64,000 nucleotides of DNA from Octopus sinensis (GCF_006345805.1 NC_043022.1:5394001-5458000); one strand, 5' to 3'. Positions 49,779 through 63,479 are shown, counted from the first letter of the stretch. Notes: generated by a model from the letters alone, not told the origin. Translations and numbers: made by a program.

Positions 49779-50008
49779 GGCGGCGAGCTGGCAGACACGT
49801 TAGCGTGCCGGGCGAAATGCTTAGCGGTATTTCGTCTGCCGTTACGTTCTGAGTTCAAATTTCACCAAGGTCGACTTTGCCTTTCATCCTTTCGGGGTCG
49901 ATAAATTAAGTACCAGTTACGCACTGGGGTCGATGTAATCGACTTAATCCCTTTATCTGTCCTTGTTTGTCCCCTCTATGTTTAGCCCCTTGTGGGCAAT
50001 AAAGAAAT
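49779..50008 (+). mobile_element. SINE family C, full length with TSD
   Basis: ggcggcgagctggcaga..gagttcaaatt..gactttgcctttcatcctttcggggtcgataaattaagtaccag..aataaagaaata, with atatatcta(gg) on both sides. Confidence 0.9.
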
Positions 50009-50261
50009 ATATATCTAGGTGGGGGGGGGGAATTGATATGCCATGGAAACCAGCCCTTAAGAGTCAGCATCACTCGAGAAAGGTGACTTTACCTTTAGTT
50101 TAGTGAAGCCTAGTTGGGCCAGGCTCAGTTCACCAGCTGGAAAAGTGCAGCAAGTCCAAGAGGGCTACTGGAAACAGAGCTACTATTGGACATTACAGGG
50201 TCATATGGTGTTGTTGGAAGTGGAATAAAAATTTCAGTGACATCAAATCCATATATATATA

Positions 50262-50488
50262 CTCTTTACTCTTTTACTCTTTTACCTGTTTCAGTCATTT
50301 GACTGCGGCCATGCTGGAGCACTGCCTTTAATCGAGCAACCCGACCCCGGGACTTATTCTTTTGTAAGCCCAGTACTTATTCTATCGGTCTCTTTTGCCG
50401 AACCGCTAAGTGGACGGGGACATAAACACACCAGCACGGTTGTCAGCGATGCTAGGGGGCAAACACAGACACACAACACACACACACA

Positions 50489-50523
<35 letters not shown>

Positions 50524-50557
50524 ATATTATATATTATACCCAATATATACGACAGGC
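50262..50557 (-). mobile_element. SINE family B 3' half
   Basis: Truncated at gacaggc. Confidence 0.85.
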
Positions 50558-51119
50558 ACGCATAAATTATAATGGTTATTGACAATTTTGTCTATTTTCA
50601 GCATATTTGGCATTAGAATTTTTCTTTTGGCCTTATTTTATAAGTTATTTATAAATTTAACCAATAGAGGTATTTTTTAATATGCTGGCCATTGATAAAT
50701 TTTTTTTTTTTTTCCGAAGAAAATTTTATCCTACATTAGATGTAAATTTAATAGTGTTCACTTCTGGACTCTCTCACTCTGTGAGAGTTTCTAGTTCAAA
50801 TCACACGTGTCTCAAGATGAGCAGAAGATTTTCTATTTTGGATATATTTGGTGTACTTAGGTCTGCTCAGGACTTAGTGCTTGCTTTTTCCATGAGTATG
50901 AGTAAGTATTTCATTTATGTCTTACATATTTATCGCCGAGGAGGAGAAAATTCTTATGAATAAACTCTGAAATTGGGACCAATACGGTAATAACGGAATT
51001 TTTTAGAAATTTCTATCGGCTTGTTTCGAGACGCATAAATTATAATGGTTATTGACAATTTTGTCTATTTTCGGCATATTTGGCATTAGAATTTTTCTTT
51101 TGCTCTTATTTTATAAGTT
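50558..51119. repeat. AT-rich segment bounded by 89-bp direct repeats
   Basis: acgcataaattataatggttattgacaatt...tataagtt at 50558-50646 and 51031-51119. Confidence 0.85.
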
Positions 51120-51196
51120 TTATATATACACACACATATATATATATATAACTCTGACTAACTACATTGTGTTTCTTTCATTCATTTTCCACCCAC

Positions 51197-51229
<33 letters not shown>

Positions 51230-51797
51230 CATTAACATTAATTGGCAGAAGGTACAAAGTGACCCAAGCGTCATGAGTTTCGTGCACTGGCACTTATCAA
51301 GCTTTGATAAATGCCAATACAAAAACCTATCAACCTTTGAGGAGTCATGCTCCAACTTGAGTCAATTATTCCTAAAACCATTGTATTTGCTCAAGTCCTA
51401 TTTTCCTGTTTTCATCATCAACCCTATAAATATCTGCCTAGGCACAGGCGTGGCCGTGTGGTAAGAAGCTCACTTCCCAACCACATGGTTCCAGGTTCAG
51501 TTCCAGTTGCATAACTAACACCTAGGGCAAATGTCTTCTAATGTAACCCCAGGCCAATCAAATCCTTGTGAGTGGATTTAGTAGACAGAAACTGAAAGAA
51601 GCCCATCATGTATAACCAGCACCAGTACTGCTATAAATAAGAGTCAAAACAACTCAAGAGCCACAGAAAGCACTATCTTAATGAAGTGACAAGGGAGAAA
51701 AGCTCCCTAGGTTCGCAGATACAGTTAGATCATGGATGATTTCATGTTCTGATGCTCAACGCATCCCAACACTCATTTCATATATATATATATATAC

Positions 51798-52185
51798 ATT
51801 ATTATGGCTTCCCCCTCGTTATCGAGTATGGCCATTGCACGAAGCTTAACTGTTACTGGTGCTGTGATCGAATGTGACTTTTTAGCCCAGCTAAAGACCT
51901 ACAATGTCTTGTACAGAATTGGCAACTAAAACCTTTACCGGTAATAGCTGGCTGTAGTTATAACTGGGCTTCATGTACCTTTGCATGTCGTTTAAGTCCT
52001 CCTGCCGAATTACACTCTCTTCCACATGCCCGACAGATATGATTAGTATGGTGTATTACACCACCATCAGTGGCCAGGTTGTCACTCATCTGTCTCGTTT
52101 TATGACTACAAAGATGACTCATGAGTCCAGCTTTACTGAGGCAGGGTCTTGCACAGACATTGCATGTCAGAATCAAAGGATTATA
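51798..52185 (-). mobile_element. RTE-like LINE 3' end with two C2H2-type fingers
   Basis: LTCNVCARPCLSKAGLMSHLCSH and ICRACGRECNSAGGLKRHAKVH, then a UTR ending in a short (AAT) tail. Confidence 0.65.
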
Positions 52186-52399
52186 TGTGATCATCATTGT
52201 CGTCATCATCGTTTAACATCTGCTTTCCAGGCTGGCATGGGTTGGACAGTTTGACATGGAGTTGGCAAGGCTGGGAGCTGACCAGGCACTGATTGTCTGT
52301 TGTGGCATGGTTTCTATGGATGGATGCCCTTCCTATATATGTATATGCATCTATGTGTGTGTTTGGGACTCACGTTCACAGTGATATGCTACTGACACC

Positions 52400-52673
52400 A
52401 TTGGTAAAATGCCATGCTTGCGAAGACTCATCACGGCAAGTGAAATCATAGGTGTGAACGATCCTGGTGTCAGGTAACTGGCACCTGTGCCAGTGGCATG
52501 TAAAAAGCACCCACTACACTCTCGGAGTGGTTGGCATTAGGAAGGGCATCTAGCCATAGAGACCAGGCCTTAACAGATGACTGGAGCCTGATACAGCACC
52601 CTGGCCTTACCAGTTTCAGTCAAACCATCCAACCCATGCGAGCATGGAAAGCACGTGCTAAATGATGATGATG
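52400..52673 (+). mobile_element. RTE 3' UTR copy (family E)
   Basis: gtggcatgtaaaaagcacccactacactctcggagtgg..(GAT)n. Confidence 0.8.
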
Positions 52674-53131
52674 CACACACCACCACACAATATATATATA
52701 TATTTATAGATAGATGTATATAAGAGTTCAGCTGCTGATGTCAAAGAAACAGAAATGTTCAAAGTTGTCCCCTTACTCACCCAAACAATAAAGTAAACTC
52801 ACCCAGAAAAGTTTTACCTATTCTCCACATTTAACCTCACCATTGTTAATTCTGATTTTAAAAAAAGTCAAATCAAATACAACTTTATCTATGACACCAC
52901 ACACATACACACACAAATACACACACATATTTATTTCAATCTGTATATATATACACACATACATATACACGTATCTATATCAACAATATATGTGTACACA
53001 CACACACACACACATACACACACAATAGATATTTTTTTAAACCAGCAGCATCTGCTGTCAAAAGCTGCATCTAGATTCAACCCCATGTTGCACCACTGTG
53101 CGCAACAGCATCCCCGGTTCCTCTAACTCAC

Positions 53132-53175
53132 CCTCCACCACATATCACAACATCCTTTGACAAATTCGGCAGAGG
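53132..53175 (-). CDS. Candidate 44-nt exon
   Basis: cttcctgcaccccaccgtcttcctcag|CCTCTGCCG..GTGGAGG|gtgagt. Two frames open (PLPNLSKDVVICGG or SAEFVKGCCDMWWR); may be UTR. Confidence 0.3.
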
Positions 53176-53704
53176 CTGAGGAAGACGGTGGGGTGCAGGA
53201 AGTAATTTCCTATTGTCCTAACTACCTCTCCCCGATCCCCAAACTCGACCGTCCAACATCAAAGCAAGTGCCTGCCTCTCACCTCCAGCTTCTAACCAAA
53301 CACATCCCGCGCTGCATCTCAAGAATGGATTGCCTCACTGATTAGCCAATGTGCGAACCATTGATGTGGAAAACCTTCTTAAACTGAAGTAGGTTTTAGA
53401 AAATATGACTGATATACACATCTAAGAAGGTTCCGGCTTGCTGTTCCATTATGTATGAAGAAGCTTGCACGTTAATATGCATATGTCTTTGTATTCATAT
53501 CTTCTCAAATGCTTCACATACACAAGTGCATCTATATCGAGTGTACGCATACATACATACATTCTTCCATGGATATGTACATAATATATATATGTGTGTG
53601 AGTGTGTCCCCTGTGTATGTGACTGTAAGTATATATGTGTGTGTGTACTTGTGTATGTGTGGTGTAAGTGTGCATGTATGCAGATTGTAGGCACATGCAC
53701 GTAT

Positions 53705-53735
<31 letters not shown>

Positions 53736-53899
53736 TCATGTATTTGTATATGTGTGTGTATTGATCTGGGAAGGATGGGAAGCAAAAAAAAAAAAATGAT
53801 TTTAGTAGGATTTGAACACAGAATGCTGACAGGTGGAACAAATATTGCAAGACTTTCTATCCAACATTTTAATGTCTTTGACAATTCCCTGCCTCATTA

Positions 53900-53938
53900 T
53901 ATGTGTGTATGTATGTATGTATGTAACTTACATATATA

Positions 53939-53981
<43 letters not shown>

Positions 53982-54065
53982 GCATACAGACAGAGAGGTT
54001 TGGTGATGCAAACAAAAAAATGGAACTCAAAACATGAGTTTGAGTGTATATATATAATATTATAC

Positions 54066-54096
<31 letters not shown>

Positions 54097-54202
54097 ATAT
54101 ATAGATAGATAGATAGATATACACATATTATTCATATTTAGCAGAAGAAAGCAACAGTATGACTCAAGGGCTGAGTGTTTCATGCATTGCCACTTATCTA
54201 CA

Positions 54203-54248
<46 letters not shown>

Positions 54249-54492
54249 TATACACAGATAACTCACACAAATAGGAATACATAAATATGTATGTCTCTTC
54301 ACACCTATAAATATATATTCCAATGTGGTGGTGTGTGTGTGTAATTGTTAGTGTAACCTTCAATTAAAATCCCCCTACAAAAAAAAAATTCAGGAGAAAT
54401 ATCAAATTTAAGAGAAAGTACTCAATACATAGATGCAGATTAGCTGTCTCGTGTATGTACGTATGTATTTGTGTGCATGTGTATATATGTAT

Positions 54493-54553
<61 letters not shown>

Positions 54554-54586
54554 ATGTGTGTGTATGTGTGCGTGTATATATGTATA

Positions 54587-54638
<52 letters not shown>

Positions 54639-54844
54639 AAGTGACAGACAGACAGACAGAAATTGACAGATAGATATGTATGTGTATACTTACAGATGTA
54701 TTATGTACCTGTATATACAACACACACACACACACACATACATTCTTGCATGTAGACTGCTTCATTACATACATAAATGCAGTGAAATAATAAACATACA
54801 TGTATGTATATATGTATATATATATGTGTATGTATGTGTGCGTG

Positions 54845-54886
<42 letters not shown>

Positions 54887-55181
54887 TATGCATAATTTTT
54901 TTTACAGAAATATAAAATATCTGCTTTCATTTATCTAAGAAATATATGCAAACCTGTGTGTGACTTTATAAAATAATGCCACACACACACAAGCTCTTTG
55001 TGTGTGTGTGTGTGTGTGTGTGTGCATGAAACGAGTATTCAGAATGCATGCGTATACGCAGCATGACTGTATTTGTATGTGTGTGTGTGTGGTTATTATG
55101 CATGCCTTTACAAATCCTCATAAACCAAAAGAATTTACAAGTGTATGTATGTGTATAATATAATATATGTGTATGCGTATA

Positions 55182-55236
<55 letters not shown>

Positions 55237-55315
55237 GTATATATATATGAATATATGTATGTATATATGTATATATAAATGTGTATTATATATATTATAT
55301 ATATATAAATGTGTG

Positions 55316-55346
<31 letters not shown>

Positions 55347-55844
55347 GTTTGTTTACATATATATATGTAAATATAGAAAAATATATACACATAACACACG
55401 AAAGACACATAGCAGCAGCATCAGCATCAGAAGCAGCCTCCTCAGCCTCAGCAGCGTCGGCAGCGTCAGCAGCATGGTGGCTGTGTAGCCTTCTGCAACG
55501 GCATCGCACAATATATATGCAGATCCCCTTTGATTAATGGAGCGTAGACATGAATGCATTCATGAGGAATTAGCAATAGAAAAGCCCAGCGTTGATGTTA
55601 AAGCTAGAGGCCAGCAAACGGAGTTTAGTTGGCTGGCCTCTCACTTGAAGCTGCTTTCATTGCTAAACATGATAGACAATTTATAGAATGCTCCTTTATA
55701 CTGTCTGGACCACCAGAGACACTCTGTTCTCTCTCTCTCTCTCTCTCATTCCTCCCCTCTTTCTTTCTCTCTCCCTCTTAGTAAGAGCAGATTTTTTTGT
55801 CTTTACTTTTTTATATGTGTGTGCGTAAGTACATGTATTTGCTT

Positions 55845-55885
<41 letters not shown>

Positions 55886-56769
55886 GTGTATATGTATATA
55901 TATTTATACACACACATGTATGTCTATATAATAGACTGTTATACAAGTATATTTGTACAGTACATTTGTATTTATACAATCTAATATATGTGCATATGTA
56001 TCTATGTATATGTATATATTATTAATATATGTGTGTGTGTTGTGTGTGTGTGTGTGTGTGTGGTGTGGTGTTTTACATATGTTATATGTATATATATATA
56101 TATTATAAATGTATTATATATATATAAACATATCTACACATACACATATATATACATATATATATATTATACATATATATATGTCTATACATATATGATA
56201 TGTATACTTATACATGCATATATTATATATACATACATACATACCTATATATAAATATATATCATATATGTGTGTGCACATGTCATTATATAATATATAT
56301 TATATATATATGATATATATATATGTATATGTGTGTATATATATACATTTATGTATGTATATGTACATGTATGTAAATGTATATGATATATATATATATA
56401 AAGAGATAGAATGATACATACATACAAACATACATACATACACACACACATGTATTCTGTGTATTATACATATTACTGTGTTTATGCGCAAGTACATAAA
56501 TATATATGCACAGAATTGTTTGAGCAGGTTCCCAATGATTACTCAGAGTCACTCCTGTATCACCGATCCTGGCACAGAGTCACAGGGAATGTCACACTTG
56601 TGCCATCCCAGTGAAGTAAGAGGGAGTCATTCCAAGTAATAACCACAAACTGCTTCTCTTCTGGGCACTTTGCCTTCTCGTTTTTAAATTCAAACTTATA
56701 AATATACATGTATATATACACACACGAACATATACATACAAATCCATACATGCACACATAGATACATAC

Positions 56770-56830
<61 letters not shown>

Positions 56831-56886
56831 GAAACAGTTCTAGTCCTGTAGAAGCACCTTCTATAAAATAAATACATTTATATATA

Positions 56887-56927
<41 letters not shown>

Positions 56928-57340
56928 ATATATATATACACACAGATATATATTTTATAATATTTATATGTGCATGTGTATATATATATATATATATACA
57001 CATATGCATATATATCATGCTATAGTCATATGTATATACATATACACACACATACATCATACATTTATATATACATGCACACGCAAATATATACACATAT
57101 ATATATTCTTATGTACCAACCCATGCTAGCATGGAAAACGGACGCTAAATGATGATGATGATGATAACACACACATATTTATACATATGCATATATACAC
57201 ACACATATATATAAACACCCACATATACATATATGTACACATACATACACATATTTTTATACATATATATATATACATGTACACACATATATACACATAT
57301 ACATGCCTCCACACACACACACTCACATATATATATACAT
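53900..57340. repeat. Extended (TA)/(TG)/(CA) microsatellite field with short unique islands
   Basis: Directly visible. Confidence 0.9.
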
Positions 57341-57587
57341 TTCTTTACTACCCACAAGGGGCTAAACACAGAGGGGACAAACAAACGGATTAAGTCGAGT
57401 ATATCGACCCCAATGCGTCACTGGTACTTTCTCTCTGTAGCACTCCCTCCCCCTCATTCAACTCAAGTGCCTGTCAATATCTCTGTTGTGTGGTCCCTCT
57501 GTGTTTAGCCGCAATCCTTATATTTTCTTGAGAGTTCTACAAAAATAAAAATATTTAAAAAAAAAAAAGAATACAAAATAACAAAAG

Positions 57588-57960
57588 TCAGCCAATAAGA
57601 TCAACAGTGACCCCTGAAGAACAAGGCCATTCTACGGTCACCTCGTGGCCCCTCACTTTCTTCGTTCCGTCTTCTGAAAGCAAGGAAGCAGCCACTCGGA
57701 CACCAGATCAAGCCAAGCAATTAGCTACCCATCCACCCCAAGTAGCCAAACATTTAGTTACCCCAAAAACAAGTCAGCGATCCACCCAACAGCGAACCGA
57801 ACGAGCAACGCAGATCCTGCATCGCGTAATCTCATTGCTGCATCTCGTTCCATAATTTGGCCAACAGCCAATCGGAGACGTTCCAACTGCTGCCACCCTT
57901 GCCACCCACCCTCCAACCGCCACCATCCTCCACCACCACCACCACCGCTGCCATCTACCC
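57588..57960. promoter_or_regulatory. Candidate promoter/first-exon island
   Basis: Unique, CpG-enriched relative to the window, with two CCAAT-box-like motifs (agccaataag ~57590, agccaatcgg ~57867). Confidence 0.3.
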
Positions 57961-58962
57961 CACCGCCTTCACTCCCACCCTACTCCAACCCTAACCCAAT
58001 CAATCATAGATTTAATGTGAAGTTATTCAACCTAAACCTTGTCTAGTGAAGCGGAACTGATGGATCTGGCTAATCTCTATCTAGTTTATGGCATTCCTCT
58101 ACCCTGCTTGCTTGGATGGATGGGTATGTATATATGTGTGTATATATATATGGATGGCAACGATGACGAGAGGTTGGTCGTGGTGGTGGTGGTGGTGGTG
58201 GTGGTGGTGGAAAAATAGTGATGTGGACGGCAAAGATGGTGGTGGTGTCTATGGTGGTTGTGATGGTGATGCTTGTGGTGGTGGTGGTGGTGGTGGCAGT
58301 GGTGAGAGTGGTGGTGTTTGTGGAGATCATGATGGTGGTGGTGGTGGTGGTGACAGGTTTAAACATGGTGATGCAAACAGCAAAGATGGCAGTGGTGGTA
58401 GTAGTGGTTGTGGTGGTGGGGGTGGGGGTGATGGGGGTGAAAATGGTGATGTGGATGTCAAAGATGGTGGAGGTTGACACATTAAACATTTGAAGGTGAT
58501 GACAGTAGCATGACATTTACCATAAGACTGACTGAGCCGACAGATGAGTGACGATGGATCCTCTATTCCTTCCAATCACTATCACTCAGTTGTTCAGTCA
58601 ACTCAACTCCTACTTACTTGTAACACCACAACATAACAGTGGTCGAGTATTCCACAGCAATCCGGTGGCCCTTTTCTGGATGCAATCTCAGCTACCCACA
58701 GATACAGCATCAGCACCATCCTGGATGTGAGAGCTAGAAATCCTCCACAGTAGGCCCTCACCTGAGCTTCCACGTATCTCAATTTCAGTTGGGGTCTGTA
58801 ATATCTCTTGACCTCAAGGAGAAAGGGCCACTTGTTGAGATGTGGTCTTAGTTGTGTACTTTCACCATAGCTAGGGTTAGATCCCTACAACTGGCCCTTC
58901 AAGTGATTGTAGGACCTAACAATTGGAGAGCAAGTACAAGAGCTGCTCCAGTTGAGCACTGT

Positions 58963-59515
58963 GAAGGCACATGCCTTAGTGGTCAGAGTAGTTGGCTCAT
59001 AATCATAAGGCTGGGAGTTCAATTCCTGGTGATGCATTGTGACCTTGAGCAAGACACTTTATTTCACTTTATTGCTCCATTCCACTCAGCTGGCAAATAT
59101 GAGTTGTACCTGTGATTCAAAGTGTCGAGACTTGTCACATTCTGTGTCACCCTCAAACTCTATGACAGCTACATTAAGGGTTATGCATGGCTGTGGAGTA
59201 CTCAGCCACATGCATGTTAATTTCATGCGCAGGCTGTTCCATTCATCTGATCAACTTGAATACTCATTGTTGTAACCAATGGCATACCAGTTATTTTGTG
59301 AAGGTGCATGGTTAGTGGTTAGTGCATACAGCTCATAATTGTGAGGTCATCAGTTCAATTCCCAATGGTGCACCGTGTCCCCGGGCAAGACACTTTATTC
59401 CACACTGTTCCAGTCCCCTCAGCTGGCAGAAATGCATTGTACCTGTAATTCAAACGGGGCCAGCCTTGTCACATTCTGTGTCATGTTCAATCTCCCTGAG
59501 AACTACATAAAGGGT
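58963..59515 (+). mobile_element. Two tandem SINE family F copies
   Basis: gaaggcacatgccttagtggt.. and gaaggtgcatggttagtggtt.., each with CORE-like block and F body. Confidence 0.8.
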
Positions 59516-59967
59516 AGATGATATCCTGACAACCATAGAAGAAAGAGACAGAAACCACATGTGGACAGGATCCATCAGCAGAAGCACAAAACAATTGTTG
59601 AAATAGTGACCAACAATGAAGAGGAGGCAGCAAGGATGACCATGAAAGGGATGATGTGACTAGGTAGATATGTACTGGATGGACCACTGTCAACAGGGAC
59701 CACATCAAGTAAGGGAATGGGGTAAACAGCTGATGGTATGTTGAGGTTTTCATCCAGTGTCAAATAACAACAGTAGTACTAGATAGGTGGGGTGGCTATG
59801 GGGGAAACACCTTTGGTTACATGTTTGGGTGGAGGAAGAGGTGACTGGTGCAGGAGGGGGTGGTGTTGGCTAAGCAACAACAATGATGACATCATTGCAA
59901 CTAGCACTGCTAGAGAGAGAGAGACAGAGAGTCAGACAGAGTGTGTGTGCATTTATTTGTATAGGTT

Positions 59968-60353
59968 CTTTCAGTCATTAGACTGCAGCCATGCTGGGGC
60001 ACCACCCTGAAGAATTTTAGAAGAGGGAATCGACACCACCAACCCCACCATGCTTATTTTTTAAAGCCTGGCTCATATTCTATTATCTACTCATCTCTGA
60101 ACTGCTAAGTTACAGGGATGTAAACACACCAACACTGGTTGTCAAGTGGTGGTTGGGGACAAACACAGTCACAAAGATACATATACACACACAATGGGCT
60201 TCTTTCAGTTTCCATTTACTAAATCCATTCACAAGGCTTTGGTTGGTCCAAGGCTACAGTAGAAGATACTTGCCTGAGGTGCCACACAGTGGGACTGAAC
60301 CTGGAACCAAGTGGTTGGGAAGCAAACTTCTTACCATACAGCCACGCTTGTGC
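59968..60353 (-). mobile_element. SINE family B (diverged)
   Basis: Colinear with the consensus. Confidence 0.8.
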
Positions 60354-60904
60354 CAATATTAACTCTGCTCAGATTGTTTAATGAGTGTGCCTCGGAGTGT
60401 GTGTGTGTGTGTTTGCGTGTGGGTGTGTGTGTGTGTGTGTGCATGCATGTGTGTGTATGTGTAAGGGTGTATGTGTGTGTATGGAAATGCAACTGTGTGA
60501 ATGTGTAAGGGTGTGTGTTTGTGTGCGTGCATGCATGCGTGAGTGTGTATGTGCATGTGTGTGCATGTGTAGGGGTTGTGCATGTGTGTGTATGTATGTG
60601 TGCACGTATATGTGTGTGTATGTGTGTTTGTATACACTATAACTGAGTGAATTGATAAGCAGTACACTGGCCACAAAGTCATGTGTGAGAGTGTACGTAA
60701 GGGGAGGAGGGAGAGAGAAAGAGAGAGTGAGAGAGACAAGAATGGGGGGGTGACAGAGAGGAATTGTCCACACACACACACACACACACACAACAGTACT
60801 ACCGATGTACAAAGCATCTGTATGGTGCCAAAGTTAAGGCACCAACCTGATTCTGTTAGCACAAAGCAAACTTTAGAGTCCATGACCCGAAAGGCTCCAT
60901 TATA

Positions 60905-61101
60905 ACAGCAGCAACAACAACACCAACAACAATAATAATATTAATTATAGTAACAACAACTACAATAATAATAATAACAATGATAATAATAATAATAATA
61001 ATAATAATAAAATAATAATAATAATAATAATAACAATAATAATAATAATAATAGTAATAATAATAATGATAATGATAATAATAATAATAGTAATAATAAT
61101 A

Positions 61102-61155
<54 letters not shown>

Positions 61156-61302
61156 TAATAATAGTAATAACAATACTAATATAATAGTAATAATAATAAT
61201 AATAAAATAATAATAAAATAATAATAGTAATAACAATAATAATAATAATAGTAATAATAAAATAATGATAATAATAATAATAACATAATAATATAATAAT
61301 AG

Positions 61303-61336
<34 letters not shown>

Positions 61337-61409
61337 AATAATTAATAATAATAATAATAATAATAAAATAAAATAATAACAATAATAAAATAATAATAGT
61401 ATAATAATA

Positions 61410-61460
<51 letters not shown>

Positions 61461-61550
61461 TAAAATAATAATAATAGTATAGTATACAATAAGAATAATG
61501 ATAATGATAATAATAATAATAATATGAAGATGATGATGATGATGATGATG
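60905..61550. repeat. (AAT)n compound microsatellite
   Basis: Directly visible. Confidence 0.97.
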
Positions 61551-61853
61551 AGAGTTTGATTTTTCAGTTGAGTAGATACAAGATGAAAATAAATATGATA
61601 AACCAACAGAAGGCAAGTTATTTAAAAACTAATTAAATAATGACTCAATTAATTGATATTTTCATTCTGTTTGAGTGTTAACATCCACTTAGAGGAAGCC
61701 TTGGCACTGAGCAGATTGGAAAACGATTCCATAGACACACGCATACGCACACATGTGCTGCACAGGCACATACACATCTGTTTGTGGTTCATGGGTTGTG
61801 GAGGGGGGATGGAGAGACAGATGTACCTGCGTGTAAACGCGTGGAATGGAGGT

Positions 61854-61900
<47 letters not shown>

Positions 61901-62045
61901 TTGGTGTCTGTTATTGTACGTTGATGATGCTACAGCAAATCTATATAAAACATCATCACTATCCCCATCATCATCATCACCACTGCAATCATCATCACTA
62001 TCACCATCATCATCATCTCCAACACCATCATCATCATCATTTTAA

Positions 62046-62267
62046 CCCTTTCGTTACCAACCCGGCTGAAACCGGCTCTGGCTCTGTAGTATAAATGTCT
62101 TGTTTTCATAAGTTCTGAATAAGAATCTTCCACCAAACCTTAGTCACAATTTATGTTCCTAACACTAGCTGAATGATAACTAAGTTATTTTACTAAATTC
62201 TTTGTTATATTTAAAATTAATTGAAAGAAACACAGAACATCTCAAAATAAATACAGTAACGAAAGGG
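62046..62267. mobile_element. Complete piggyBac-like MITE (222 bp)
   Basis: TTAA|ccctttcgttac...gtaacgaaaggg|TTAA: perfect 12-bp TIRs with TTAA TSD, inserted beside the (CAT)n tail of an RTE-UTR-like copy. Confidence 0.9.
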
Positions 62268-62726
62268 TTAATGTCCTGCTTTTCGTACTTGTATTGGTTG
62301 GATGGTGTTTATCGAGGCATATTTTTCTACAGCTGGATGCTCTTCCTGTCACTAATCCTCACCTGCTTCCAAGAATGGTAAGATTCCTCCATAGCCAGGC
62401 ATGGTCTTTATTTTTAGCAGAATATTGGAAATGAACGACTCTGCCTGTGTGTGATGGGGGACACTCATTTTACAGCTAATATGCAGTGTCAGGACAGGGA
62501 GACACACGCGCACACACACACACACATTCATGTATACATGCAAAACACATTCATGTAAGCACACACACACACATTCATATATACACACACACACATCTAT
62601 ACAGAGAGAGAGAGAGAGAGAAAGAGACAGAGAAATCCACTTGGGCAAGTGTCTTCTACTATAGCCTCAGGCCAACCAAAGCCTTGTGAGTCGATTTAGG
62701 AGATGGAAACTGAAAGAAGCCTGCTG

Positions 62727-62772
<46 letters not shown>

Positions 62773-63479
62773 TATATGGAGTGGTTGGCATTTAGAAGGG
62801 CATCCAGCTGTAAAAACCATGCCAAACCAGACACAGAAGTCTGGTGCAGGGTCCTAACTCCTGTCAAACTGTCCAACCCATACTAGCATGGAAGGAGGAC
62901 TTTAAACGATTATGATGATGAGGAGGAGGAGGAGGAGGACGTATTTGCATGTGTGTTTGACAACCAATGTTGGTGTGTTTACGTCCCTGTAATGTAGCAG
63001 TTAAAACTCTTCATGGTGGTGCCCTAGCATGGCTGCAGCCTAATGACTGAAACAAATAAAAGATAGAAAAATGTCTGTGGAATACTCGGCCACTGAGGTG
63101 TTGATTCAAGAAGCAGATGGTTGCATTAATCGAACAACTAAATGTTTGTCCTTGCCACCAGTGAAGGATTCATTTAAAGCATGTGTTTTTGTAATTCTGG
63201 AGAGGAAACCAAAGTTCCATTTGGGAAGAAGATTTTACAATGCTGAAGGATTCAAAAGAGGACTGGAAGCAACAGCAACAACAACAACAACAACAACAAC
63301 AGCAGCAGCAGCAGCGGCAGCAGCAGAGCAGTAATCTCTTAGAAATGAGTTCAAATAGATTACATTTTGCAAATAATGATTCATAATTGGAATAATAATT
63401 AGGAAAATAATGAAACAAAGTATTGATTATTATAATATATTGGGGAAGAATATTCCTTCGTTATTTTGAGATGCACAGA

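Noticed and set aside
51715-51780. Fifth hammerhead-like fold on the minus strand (stem followed by GAAA)
   Set aside because: The CUGANGA core and cleavage triplet are not intact.
51958-52209. Host C2H2 zinc-finger gene
   Set aside because: No TGEKP linkers, abrupt 5' truncation at another repeat, and a retroelement-like tail; better explained as a LINE C-terminus.
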